Shown here: positions 11,772-24,171 of the stretch, in pieces
How positions within the stretch are numbered: the first letter of the stretch is position 1
Layout of the letters: each line of letters starts with the position of its first letter
Assembly (NCBI RefSeq): GCF_006345805.1
Contig: NC_042999.1
Coordinates: forward strand, 73,408,001-73,472,000
DNA from: Octopus sinensis
Taxonomy: Eukaryota
Reading direction: 5' to 3'
Length of the DNA stretch: 64,000 nt
Translations under genes and position numbers: made by a program
Notes under the pieces: generated by a model
Databases searched by the model: none
What the model was told of the DNA's origin: nothing
The model's input: the letters and a program-made list of their open reading frames with translations, nothing else

Positions 11772-12333
11772 GTACCACAAGAAAGATAACTCTGAAATGA
11801 CTCTAGAATTTTTCGCTTCCTTATAGGAAATCAGTTTCAAAGCCTGAACTATTTATGTGCGACACGGGCCAAGGCTAGAGCAAAATATTACAGGAGTTAA
11901 TATTTAGATCTCTTCAAATTTAAATCAGTTCAGCATTTAGATCAGTTCAGATATGTTTGAACTGATCTGAATGTTTCTTTGATCTTCTGCATGTTTGTTT
12001 AATCATCCTAAAAACGGAGAAGACTGCAGTAGATTCTTGATTCCAAAACTGGGGCCCGCGAAGGGGTTGCCAATATTCAGATTTTTGATGTTCAAAACCA
12101 TAGGTTTTCTGGTTTTAGATAAAACTGAAACCTTTCAACATGCACGCCCTACACAGAACCCTTGATTTACGTGTTTAAAAAAACCTTTCAGATAGAATGC
12201 ATTTAAAGCGACGCGTCGCGACGCGCGCAGGGTGTATACGCACGTATTTAAATACAGGCGTCTCTCTGCGGCTTTATCGATCGGTAATTGGGGTATGAGC
12301 GCAACAAGTCTAAACAGGATTGAAAATTGACGG

Positions 12334-12870
12334 TGTAACAGCTCAGAATATACCCCTGCCCAGACTATACCCCCAAGCTTGCAGGCAAATAACGCAAATG
12401 TACCTCACTAAAAAAGTTGCATCCGAACATTTATAAAATTTGGTATTACACAATGGAGAATTAAAAGTTTCGATTTAAACATAGCAATTTAGAATTATCA
12501 ATATAAAGCTACACGAATGACTACATTTGCGCGTGTCTGGCTGAGACTCATAGCACAGGTGGGCTGCGCAGCATGCGCGAGTTGTCAGTTATTTTCTAAT
12601 CTACTTTTACATCGGGTTTATATTGATACATTGAGTATTTGCATTTGATAATTCGAAATTGCTATGTTTAAATCGAAATTTACATGTAACTTTTAATCCT
12701 TCATCGAATGATATCAAATTTTAAATATGTTCTGAAGCAACTTTTATAAGCGAGGCACATCTGTGTTATTTGTACGCGAGCATGGGGTATAGTCTAGACA
12801 GGGATGTATTCTGGGCTGGCTGGCTAGCTCCGTGTATAGTCTGGGCAGGGGTATATTCTGGGCTGTTACA
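12334..12870. mobile_element. Foldback MITE with TGTAACAG...CTGTTACA termini (Ginger-like ends, tentative)
   Basis: TGTAACAGCTCAGAATATACCCCTGCCCAGACTATAC mirrors GTATAGTCTGGGCAGGGGTATATTCTGGGCTGTTACA; imperfect inverted match continues to about 12500/12645. Confidence 0.7.
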
Positions 12871-13423
12871 GCAGTCGTAACACCGGCTCATTGAGGACAT
12901 AGCCTGCAAGAGTGGTTTATGAAGAGGTTATTTGTTTTCACCATCACACATTTACGAACGCCTATATTTTCGACATATTTATCATCGTAAGTTCATTCTT
13001 AATTTTACTTTTTATATTTGTATTAAGCATCCAATAAGTAGGGACCTAATAAGCCAATAAAAAGACAAACTAGTAGTGCTGTTAGAATTAAGAAGGAAAG
13101 GGAAAGATCGAGGAAGACAGGCTGATATCCGAAAGAGAGAAACGACAAACACTTGTCACAGTCTGGGTTTTGTTGCCCTAGTAACCACAGCTTTTGAGAT
13201 AGGGGTTTCTAACCTAGTCCACTCACTTCCTCGCCTCTTTTTACATGTCCCTGTAAATTTTAGAGCCAATCCGACCACATGTAGTGCCCTTAACCCGTTC
13301 CAATCCCAAAATGAGACAAACAAATTTTTCGCATTTCAGCTTTATAGATATTGATACATTCGCAAATTCCCCATCTATACTCTGTATGTGTGATTGTCTG
13401 TCCACGTACATTTGTGTACGGGC

Positions 13424-13470
<47 letters not shown>

Positions 13471-13819
13471 GTATGTGTGTATGTGTGTGCGTACGTGTAT
13501 GCATGCGTGTGTGAAAAATGTGTATGTCACTATATATACATGTATGTGAACGAGTGTACGCATCTACTTATATATCTCCCTTTTAATTTCCACCCTAAGC
13601 GCATGCGTATATCTACATACGTTTTTCTATTTTGGGATAGAACTTTCCATAACTATTAACATAAACCATCTCACTCATAACGCCTATACGTTCTGAAGAT
13701 GTAACTTTCCCAAATAAAGTGCACTGCATATTCAAGTCCCTGATGAAACTATAGGATATTATCCTGGTACTCAAATAAGCGTCCACCACATCTTATAGCA
13801 GAAAGATATATATATATAA

Positions 13820-14034
13820 CAATTGCAGCGTGGAAGGTGTTTTTAAGCCATTTAAGAAACACACAAAATCCGTTAGATTCACTTCAACATTTAAATTTAA
13901 TTTGTCAAAATATTTTCGTTGCTTTGAGGCCGCGACCTGTTCACTGACACAAATTAAATTTAAATGTTGAAGTGAATCTAACGGATTTTGTGTGTCTCTT
14001 AAATGGCTTATAAACACCTTCCACGCGGCAATTG
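13820..14034. repeat. Long near-perfect inverted repeat (about 86-bp arms, about 43-bp spacer)
   Basis: 13820-13905 is the reverse complement of 13949-14034 with a few mismatches. Confidence 0.9.
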
Positions 14035-14091
14035 GTTTCGTTCCAGCACACGATCTCAGATCAGGTCACTTGCTACGCAAGTACATCTCCG

Positions 14092-14133
<42 letters not shown>

Positions 14134-14143
14134 TATATATATA

Positions 14144-14450
14144 CAGTAACGTTTTCCCCCCACTATAACATGGGTGCTCTATAAAGAACTATGTTACTAC
14201 ATTTTAACCCCAAGAAAACGTCTTTTCCTGCTGGTTAACAACACACACCCTGTGTCACGTATATTGTAAGAGAGCGAATCACTCTCCCTCAGGCTTGGCA
14301 AGACCAGTAGATCATAGTTTCTGGATCTTTACCGGATACAGGTTGTGTGTCGTTAACCAGCTGAAAAAGACGTTTTCCTGAGGTTGAAATGTAATAATGT
14401 AGTTCTTTATAGAACAGCCATTCTATAGTGGCTTTAAAAAAATATTACTG
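14144..14450. mobile_element. MITE with CAGTAA...TTACTG termini and about 110-bp imperfect TIRs (Tc1/mariner-like)
   Basis: ctataaagaacta..aagaaaacgtcttttc..ctggttaac mirrored at 14340-14415; sits next to (TA)n. Confidence 0.65.
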
Positions 14451-14520
14451 TCTAGTATTGTTACTATTTATATCTCTTTGAGAGATTTTAAAACTAGCTA
14501 CTTTGTTCGTGTATATACAT

Positions 14521-14563
<43 letters not shown>

Positions 14564-14929
14564 ATATTATATTATATATATATACGACTAAACGCACGCA
14601 CCCTATTAAGTAAGATTGTTCTGTTTATCAAGTTAGCCTTTATATTAACTCTCACGCGACTCTGCATCTTTCTTTCTTTCTCTCCCATTCCCTTTTTCGT
14701 CCTTTTTCCCTCACTTAACTTGTCTCTTCCTCTCCCTCACCATTCTTTGGTCTCCTCGCACCATTCCCCTTCTTCTCTCTTCTTCCTCTTGCTCCTCCTC
14801 CCCCATTCCGTCGTCCTCTGCGACGATACTTCCGTCGTAAACTGCTATCCTGTCTTTTCTCGCCCGCCTTCTAAGGCCACTGGTCGACATTCTTCTCTCT
14901 CGTCGTCCACTATAATCCAGCGTTTGCAT

Positions 14930-15420
14930 TACTTTTTTCGTCTGGCGTAAACAGCCCTTCTTATCTTGTCTCCTTGTCCTGTCTCTCACTGTTATATATT
15001 TATTTTCAACTGTTATATATAATTTTTTTTTTTTTTTACTGTTTATATGTTTGTACTGTCGTTACCGTCTTGCTTTTTTTACCATTTTTTACCCCTCTGC
15101 GAAAAGATCTCAGAATTTTAATTGATTTGCTTTTCGCAGGAAGGAAGTTTCTTCGAAGTATACGTCTCGCTTTTATCCTTCGAAACGTAGAGTAGATGAA
15201 ACCTTAGCGACTGAAGAAGGGGATTTTTCGTTGTGCTTATTGTCCTGTATCTCTTTTTTTCTTTTTGCTTGTCCTGTTCCTTGGTTTGTGTCTATGTTTT
15301 TCGTCTCTCTATGTGTTCGACGTCTTTTTGGTGTCCTGTACACATATATGCGTGTATATGTACATGTAGAGGTAGGTACGTACATATATGTTTATATATG
15401 CATATATGTTCTATTTTATT
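14930..15420 (+). repeat. Dispersed repeat of about 450 bp, homologous to 46930-47340
   Basis: Shared CTGAAGAAGGGGA and ..ttttggtgtcctgtac.catatatgc.tgtatat..catgtaga.gtaggta.gtacatatatg. Confidence 0.7.
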
Positions 15421-15453
15421 AACATACATATATATATATATATTATATATATG

Positions 15454-15524
<71 letters not shown>

Positions 15525-15581
15525 TATATATATACCCCAAAATCTTGAACCAACAGACCCCGCCAAAACCTTGGGCTACCA

Positions 15582-15653
15582 GGTTTTGGTATCTGACGAT
15601 ACCCATAAGGCTAAACTCTTATTGGTGGGAAACTTAAGGTAATCCCATAAACC
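15582..15653 (+). ncRNA. Type I hammerhead ribozyme fold
   Basis: GGTTTTGGTAT CTGACGA TACCCATAAG-loop-CTTATTGGTG G GAAA C-TTAAG-G TA ATCCCATAAACC. Stem I has 10 pairs; the GUA cleavage site lies after 15641. Confidence 0.75.
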
Positions 15654-15813
15654 GGCCTTCCCCATGTTTAATATATACTGCTCTATATCTTAGAGTGTCC
15701 TTCTTTCAAATTTATATTTTTTACAGACGATATATAGCAAAAATTTAGAATCAGATGAATATGGTACTTAAGTTGAGGCACCAGAATTTATTACGGTATT
15801 ATCCATACAATTT

Positions 15814-15976
15814 CAAAATAAGGTGATTAAAATTAAAATAAGCAACAAGGATATCCAGAGGTAATGCAGTACGATCGTTTCACGCAATTTCATTTAAATA
15901 GAGTTGCTTGAAACGATCGTACTGCATTACCTTTGGATATCCTTGTTGCTTATTTGATTTTAATCACCTTATTTTG
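15814..15976. repeat. Near-perfect inverted repeat (about 68-bp arms) containing GAAACGATCGTA
   Basis: 15814-15882 mirrors 15909-15976. Confidence 0.9.
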
Positions 15977-18129
15977 ATATGTATATATATATATATATAT
16001 ATATTAATATATATATATATATATATATATAAATTTCATTTGGGTGTTAACCGTGGGGTTTACCTTATTAAGTTCATACAGGCAATCAGACAAATAGTTA
16101 TCAGAGATTGTTTTTTTATGAAACACCTGCCTGAAAATCCAGCAGTATCCACAGAGTTTTTACAATTACAAACAAAGAGAATGGAGTGAACAAGTCCTTT
16201 TCTTGCATTAATTTACAACTGTTTCATTGAAATTGAATGACATGAATGTCATAAATATTGCTATACTAAGCAATGATATATGCAACAATTTATTTATAAG
16301 GTCACGAATCCAACTCAACAGAATTATGTATAAAAAATATTTGTTATAGATACTTGAACTATCGATAATTTATACTTATAAAGAGTTGGGTGTGTTTAAA
16401 TGATTACATTTTCATATTACAAGCGAATCAAAACAAAACAAACTATTGGCTTGAATTAACCAATCAATAAGAAGGATGAATAGGCAAACGAAAATTAGTA
16501 ATCAGTAATGTATCGGGCGCAGTAATTAGTAAAACTTTAAGTATTGTGATTAGTATTAACTCGAGAGTATGATTAGTAATACATTAAGTGTAGTAATTAA
16601 ATTAGCAACCGTCAGTCATATCCTATAAATTTCATAATTTCCTGCGGGTATTCTTTTGTATTCCTGACTATATACACACTCTTTAAGATGCTATATCATT
16701 GTTGTTGTTGTTGTTGTTGAAGTCGTCATTTAGCACCAGGTCAGTCCCGATCAGGCAGATCTCTGATCAAAATCATTTTTTATCTACTATCGGTTAACTA
16801 CATTATTCACAGCGTCCTCCATTTTAAGTCTGTAGGATGGTAAATTTCAGTGGTGAATTTTAGCAAAATTTCGGTTCTATTTCTAGCAGAGTAATCAACA
16901 GGGTTGAATATTTTTCGTTGACTCGATACTAACAAAGTGAACCAACAAGGAAATAAACGATTTTTAACTGTAAACCTCAATTGGCTTCGATCAAATGGGT
17001 TTAATCCCTCATCAAATAAAAACAAAACTATCCACAAAGTAGTTTTTCCGCCATTGTTACAAGACAACACAAGCAAAAAACATCTCTACATAGTCGTTCG
17101 ACCTGTTACAAATAGTAGCTAAATTTTAGATTATACCCGACTATTGTTTTAAAAAAGGAAGTTTATTATATGGTCTTTGAAACATAATCTGAATAAAAGA
17201 AAAAGACATAGTAGTCTCATCTTTTATTAAAGTAAAATTTCAGCTCAATCAGGGATGACGTGGAGCAAAGCAACAATAACAATAATCAACCAGACAGTAT
17301 CGCTTTTGGTGATTAACAACATTTACATGTAATAAGTCGTCTTGTACACGATGAACAGCGATAATCGGAACAATGCCAAACATATTTAATCTTAATACTC
17401 CAGCAGTTTCGAATGGAATATGTTAATCGCTGTTGCATTTTGTTATTGAAGAACAACTCCTATCAAGTGAAAATGCGTTCACAACACATTGGAGTTATTA
17501 GTGCAAGGGGAATTAATTAAGCGTGTTAATGAAAATACATTCGTCTGAAAGGGGTTGTTCTCCTATGACGAAAGACAACAACGATTAGCATAGCATATTC
17601 ACATTTGCCTGAACGTATTAAGAATTCTTTCTAATGTTGACAGAAGGCCGGCAATTTTGGGAGAAGGAGAGGTGGTCAAATCGATCTCATCCATTCCAGC
17701 ACTTGGCTGGTATTTTATTTCATCGAATCCGGAGGAGAATTAAAGGCAAGGTTGGCCCCGGCGGAAATTGAATTTCGGAAGAAATTCCGACAAGCATGTT
17801 TTTCCCGGCTCTCTAACGGTTCTGCCAGATCACCGTTGACAGAACCGTTTTAATGCCAATGTCATCAATATTTACATGTGTTTTATCGTTAGTTTGCAGT
17901 TCTGAGTTCAGACAACACCTCGGGAATATATTTGAAAGAGATGGACATCACCATTCACTGGCTTGGTCTAAATATACTAATATGAAAACGAAGTCTTCGG
18001 TGGTATTCCTATGACTCAATAGACTACAGATCTCACCATCTCGTCATTCCTAATGCAGCATTTATTTCACTCAGCTGGTTGTTCGAAGCGCTGACTTTTA
18101 TTCAGCGTATATGTCTTGTAGTATCTTAC

Positions 18130-18230
18130 AAACGTACAGCCGTTTGGGTTTCCACAACAGGATAATCCATGTAACTGTGATAACGTTCACCTTTTTTAAC
18201 GTAGACATTTCTTGTAAAGTTCTCAGACAC
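18130..18230 (-). CDS. Candidate internal exon (VSENFTRNVYVKKGERYHSYMDYPVVETQTAVR), product unknown
   Basis: Acceptor ttcacatttctttaaatag and donor gtaaga; two of three frames are open. Confidence 0.3.
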
Positions 18231-18879
18231 CTATTTAAAGAAATGTGAAGAAGATTCATTGAAATTATTTATCTACTGACTGATCATCAATTTTCAATTT
18301 TCCGGAAGTCAATTTGCTTTGTTCTGTTTATTTGTGTGTTCTACTCGAAATGTGTATAACTTTTCTGGTAGAATCTATTTCTGACACATACTATCGCTGA
18401 TGGCTTTCTCTTCTTACTACACACTGACACCTGGTCTCTATGATTTACTGAACCAGGTCTTCTAGTAACAAAATGGTAGGTGGAAAGAGACGTTGAAAGT
18501 TGTCTCAGAATACAGATGTAATTAACACTTTTCCTTAACATATATGATGATGTTAGTAAGTGGTTACATTGCTTCATACAGTGATTTATATTTATAATTT
18601 ACATACAAGCTGAATAATTCATTCTGATGATGAATGAGTCAGACCTGTGACAGTAATAGAATTACCTTTCATGTATAATATTAAAACTCAGTTATCAAAA
18701 TCGTTCTTCATTTGTGCTCATTTCCTATCTTATTTCTTTTAAGACTAAAAAGCAAACTCTTTAACATTATGAAAATTTGCGTTTGTAATGCACGTTTTCT
18801 TTTTAGTTTGTATTTGTATCTGTATTTGTGTATAAGATTACTACATATTTAACAGTTTCGTTAACAATTTTATAGAACA

Positions 18880-18939
18880 TGCATACATACATACATACAT
18901 ACATACATACATACATACATACATACATACATACATACA

Positions 18940-18970
<31 letters not shown>
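18880..18970. repeat. (CATA)n microsatellite
   Basis: Direct. Confidence 0.97.
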
Positions 18971-18973
<3 letters not shown>

Positions 18974-19096
18974 CACCTCCTCCAATTCTGCTAAGCATCA
19001 CACCATTACTCACACCTCTGAGATCTCTAAGGTAATGAAGAAGCAACTAACAATGATGCTCTCAGTTAATTTGAATCTCTTTCTCTCTCTCTCTCC

Positions 19097-19135
<39 letters not shown>

Positions 19136-19479
19136 ATTGCAATTAAAGGAAAGAATAATACTTAAATATGCAATGAAAGAATTATATAATAAAATAGATT
19201 AAGGATAAGTTAGACTTTAAAAAAAAATTATTCAACCGGTATAGATAAATTATTTTCATTGGTTTTGTAATAGATACAGTTCAAGAAGATGGATAGCGTT
19301 TGCATCATTATGTGTATTATTTAAAATCAAGTATAAATGAGAGTTTGAAAAATTAACTATTAAGATATGTTATCATATAAGCCTTACTTATAAACCGTTA
19401 GTCTTCAATATATAAAATGTATATATTCAATTCATGAGTTTATTCATTGGCAGATGTATACATATATATCTATACACTT

Positions 19480-19545
<66 letters not shown>

Positions 19546-19637
19546 TTACGCATACATATATATAATGTGACCTCGTGTGTACCGTTGGCGATTTTTTTTC
19601 CTCTGTCTTCCCTTCTCTGGATCTTTCCTTCTCCTAT

Positions 19638-19672
19638 GTTTCCGACGAAGAGCTCCGCTCGAAACGTTAAAC
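19638..19672 (+). ncRNA. Minimal hammerhead-like motif with variant core CCGACGA
   Basis: GTTT CCGACGA A GAGC-TCC-GCTC GAAA CG TT AAAC; palindromic ACGT at stem III. Confidence 0.55.
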
Positions 19673-19787
19673 CCTCGTTCTTTCCTTCTTTCCTGAGCGT
19701 CCAATAATACTATATTTGTTCCACGTCCTCGCGTTGTTGTTTTTTTTTGTGCTTTCTTGTTTGGATTAACTTTAACTATATATATAT

Positions 19788-20167
19788 ACTAGCAGTATCG
19801 CCCGGCGTTGCTCAGGTTTATAAGGGAAATAACTATAAAGCATTTTTAGAGAGTTTTAGCCAAAAAATAGCAAAAAAATGGAAAAAAAAATGATGGTAAA
19901 TTTTTTTTGAGAGTTAAAAAAGGTGGAGTTGCGTCCCCTAGACAGTCTGTGGTTTGTTTTTTTTGATTCTCGACCCCATGTCGAATTTATCGATTTTTTT
20001 CAGAACTGGGGGAACTTTTCAAAATTTTCGCTGCGTTAGTATTGAATTATGACATTGGGCTATGTGTGTGTCAAGTTTCATCAGAATCGGTTGAAAGCCG
20101 TGGTAGAGAGTGAGGGTACGAGAAAACAGACACACAGAAACACGCACAGACAAACTGCCGTTTATAT

Positions 20168-20173
<6 letters not shown>
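19788..20173 (+). mobile_element. Non-autonomous Helitron-like element (Lep1/HINE-like architecture)
   Basis: 5' ACTAG..CCCGGCGTTGCTC, internal caagtttcatcagaatcggt, and 3' acagacaaactgccgtttatatagagat; inserted in (TA)n. Confidence 0.55.
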
Positions 20174-20202
<29 letters not shown>

Positions 20203-20266
20203 CATACATACATACATACATACATACATACATACATACATACATACATACATACATACATACATA

Positions 20267-21143
20267 CGCATATAGAGACGATACCAATTCTTAGCATATG
20301 ACCAAATGCTTAGAATAACGAATCACCTAGGGGCATGTATTGAAACATATATGTAAGTTTTTCGCATCTGCCATTTCGTTTAGAGTTTTACACAACTTAC
20401 AATTTCAACATCTTTATATAAGACAAAAAAATTATTTAAACATCCAGCATGGCTGCAGTCAATTGACTGAAACAAATAAAAGAATAAAAGAATAATCCAT
20501 TTATAAAACACAAAATAACTATTCTCCTGTGCTAAATAACGTAACAAAATACAAGATAGACCGCATTTAGGCCGTATGTCTAGACATTATATATTTGTAT
20601 ATAATTAAATAAATGATACCACCATTACTTATGACTATTTTTTTTTTACTATTTTTGTTAATACTGTACTCTGTATGCCACTAAGAACTTCTATTCCTGA
20701 ATGTGTGTGTGTGTGTGCGCACGCGTTTGCGTGTGCGTGTGTGCGGGGTGCGTATGTGTGTGTGTGTGTGCATGTGATAAAATCTTTGTGTTCATATAAA
20801 CACTGACGGCGAAAACAAAGAAGATTTATTCGTCTATCTCAACAAAACTGACATAACACTTTAGAATTACACCATAACAGAAGGAAAAGCTTGTCGTCTG
20901 CTAATTAGAAGTATATCTTAACATCATCATCTGCTTTATTAACTTACTGTGTGTATACTTAAATATATACTTGTAATTGAATGTCTAACTGAAGTTGATC
21001 GATTATAAATTTCATTGTTATCAATAATATTAATACGCTAACTTTTTGCTAGAGTATTAATTTTTGTACATACCTGTTGTGTGTGTCACACTTACTTCAA
21101 AGGAGTGGCAAAGCGAGAGACGGGAGGACAGAGAAGAAGTAAG

Positions 21144-21180
<37 letters not shown>

Positions 21181-22624
21181 GAGTGAGAAAGAGAGTGAGA
21201 GCGAGAAAGAGAGAGTGTGAGAGAAAGTGGGAGAGTGAGAGAAAGAGAGAGAGAGTGAAATAGACAGTGAGTGGTGACGGCGTTCGTTTTGTGTTTATAA
21301 ATGTTTATCACATCACAACAGAAGTAGATACATAGATTCATATATACATTGTTAAATCAAAAGCGGGGGAGAATAGGTACACAAAATAAGTGAAAGAGAA
21401 AGAAAGAAAGTGAGAGAGACAGCAGATACATAAATCCAAAGAAAAGTTCATACGTAGATACATAGACACAGCAAATATTGGATGTCAATTTCACTTTTCA
21501 TTACTACACGAGGATAAAATTAACTCACAAATGGCTGAGTACCCCACAGACATGCATAACATTAACGTAGTTCTCAGGGAGATTCAGACTCACACAGAAT
21601 ATGACAAGGCTGGCCCCTTTGAATTACAGCTACAACTCAAGACATATATATATATAATATATATATATTATATATATATACATACATACATACATACATA
21701 CATACATACATACATACATACATACATACATACATACATACGCATATAGAGACGATACCAATTCTTAGCATATGACCAAATGCTTAGAATAACGAATCAC
21801 CTAGGGGCATGTATTGAAACATATATGTAAGTTTTTCGCATCTGCCATTTCGTTTAGAGTTTTACAACTTACAATTTCAACATCTTTATATAAGACAAAA
21901 AAATTATTTAAACATCCAGCATGGCTGCAGTCAATTGACTGAAACAAATAAAAGAATAAAAGAATAATCCATTTATAAAACACAAAATAACTATTCTCCT
22001 GTGCTAAATAACGTAACAAAATACAAGATAGACCGCATTTAGGCCGTATGTCTAGACATTATATATTTGTATATAATTAAATAAATGATACCACCATTAC
22101 TTATGACTATTTTTTTTTTACTATTTTTGTTAATACTGTACTCTGTATGCCACTAAGAACTTCTATTCCTGAATGTGTGTGTGTGTGTGTGCGCACGCGT
22201 TTGCGTGTGCGTGTGTGCGGGGTGCGTATGTGTGTGTGTGTGTGCATGTGATAAAATCTTTGTGTTCATATAAACACTGACGGCGAAAACAAAGAGGTCT
22301 GAAGATTTATTCGTCTATCTCAACAAAACTGACATAACACTTTAGAATTACACCATAACAGAAGGAAAAGCTTGTCGTCTGCTAATTAGAAGTATATCTT
22401 AACATCATCATCTGCTTTATTAACTTACTGTGTGTATACTTAAATATATACTTGTAATTGAATGTCTAACTGAAGTTGATCGATTATAAATTTCATTGTT
22501 ATCAATAATATTAATACGCTAACTTTTTGCTAGAGTATTAATTTTTGTACATACCTGTTGTGTGTGTCACACTTACTTCAAAGGAGTGGCAAAGCGAGAG
22601 ACGGGAGGACAGAGAAGAAGTAAG

Positions 22625-22663
<39 letters not shown>

Positions 22664-23128
22664 GAGTGAGAAAGAGAGTGAGAGCGAGAAAGAGAGAGTG
22701 TGAGAGAAAGTGGGAGAGTGAGAGAAAGAGAGAGAGAGTGAAATAGACAGTGAGTGGTGACGGCGTTCGTTTTGTGTTTATAAATGTTTATCACATCACA
22801 ACAGAAGTAGATACATAGATTCATATATACATTGTTAAATCAAAAGCGGGGGAGAATAGGGACACAAAGGAAGTGAAAGAGAAAGAGCGAAAGTGAGAGA
22901 AACAGTAGATACATAAATCCAAAGAAAATTTCATACGTAGATATAAAGACGCAGCAAATATTGGCTATCAATTTCACTTTTCATTAATACACGAGGATAA
23001 AATTAACTCACAAATGGCTGAGTGCTCCACAGACATGAATAACATTAACGTGATTCTCAGGGAGATTCGGCCTCACGCAGAATATGACAAAGCTGGCCCC
23101 ATGAATTACAGCTAAAACTTGAGACATA
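20267..23128. repeat. Tandem duplication, unit about 1.47-1.48 kb (20267-21646 and 21741-23128)
   Basis: Both copies start cgcatatagagacgataccaattc after (CATA)n and end gacata before (TA)n. Confidence 0.95.
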
Positions 23129-23130
23129 CG

Positions 23131-23211
<81 letters not shown>

Positions 23212-23334
23212 GAGTGTACTACTATTCATAGATACCGCACGCTAGGAGGGACCCTTGCGGTCAAAACTAATAAAATAAACAAATTTTACCGAGTGCAAAA
23301 CTTCAAAGCAAGTCATTTAAAAAAAGAATTTAGT

Positions 23335-23394
23335 TACATATCACCTGTGATTTCGCAATTAATGCAGAATATGCATTCTATGCTCATCAGTATA
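23335..23394 (-). ncRNA. Type I hammerhead ribozyme fold
   Basis: Minus strand reads TATA CTGATGA GCA..AGAAT-GCAT-ATTCT..TGC GAAA TCAC-AG-GTGA TA TGTA. Confidence 0.6.
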
Positions 23395-23490
23395 TATATA
23401 TTAAATTAGAGATAAAAACCACTGTAAATTTGGATATATTCCCTAAAATTATTATTATATACATACACACACACACACACACACACACAC

Positions 23491-23585
<95 letters not shown>

Positions 23586-23849
23586 GGTTTGCAATAATAA
23601 GTGTCGCGTGGTGGAAATCAACACAATTACCAAACTTTCATTCATAAATCCATTTATTATTTCGTTCTTTTGCATTTCAATTTGTACATTAAGGTTCTTT
23701 GAATATGTACGATGTATTTTAAGGTTAAATAGTAATTCCGTTTACGTTTGTGCAACTGAGATATTTTGGTTGGATTGTATAGTCATTGGTGTTACATTAC
23801 TTTCTATATTCTGTAACTATCACAATATACTTTTCTAGGACTGAAATTT

Positions 23850-23965
23850 TTGTGATGAGGGGGCCTGTTGATTAGATCGACCCCAGTACACAACTGGTAC
23901 TTAATTTATCGACCTTGAAAGGACGAAAGGCAAAGTTGACTTCGGCAGAATTTGAACTCAGAACG
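23850..23965 (-). mobile_element. SINE fragment (GAGCTGGCAGAA family)
   Basis: Reverse complement of the SINE body at 24221 onward. Confidence 0.75.
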
Positions 23966-24171
23966 TAATGACAGGTTATAATATACAAACATTACTCATG
24001 GCAGCAGTACACTGTTTACAGATGCTTACATTTTTTATTTTTCTGTGAATTTTTCACGTGTCCAGTTAGTATAAATTGATACATCAGTTTTAAAGTCAGT
24101 GTGTAATCCTACTTTTGAATATATTTGTATTTTATCATTGACTTATCTTAAACATTATTGATTTTAAGGAT

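Noticed and set aside
13740-13810. Hammerhead-like CTGATGA...TATAG CA GAAA
   Set aside because: A stem II is pairable, but stems I and III are missing because the motif runs into (TA)n; at best a truncated relic.
16213-16260. Minus-strand GAAACAGTTGTA (hammerhead 3' half)
   Set aside because: There is no CUGANGA upstream.
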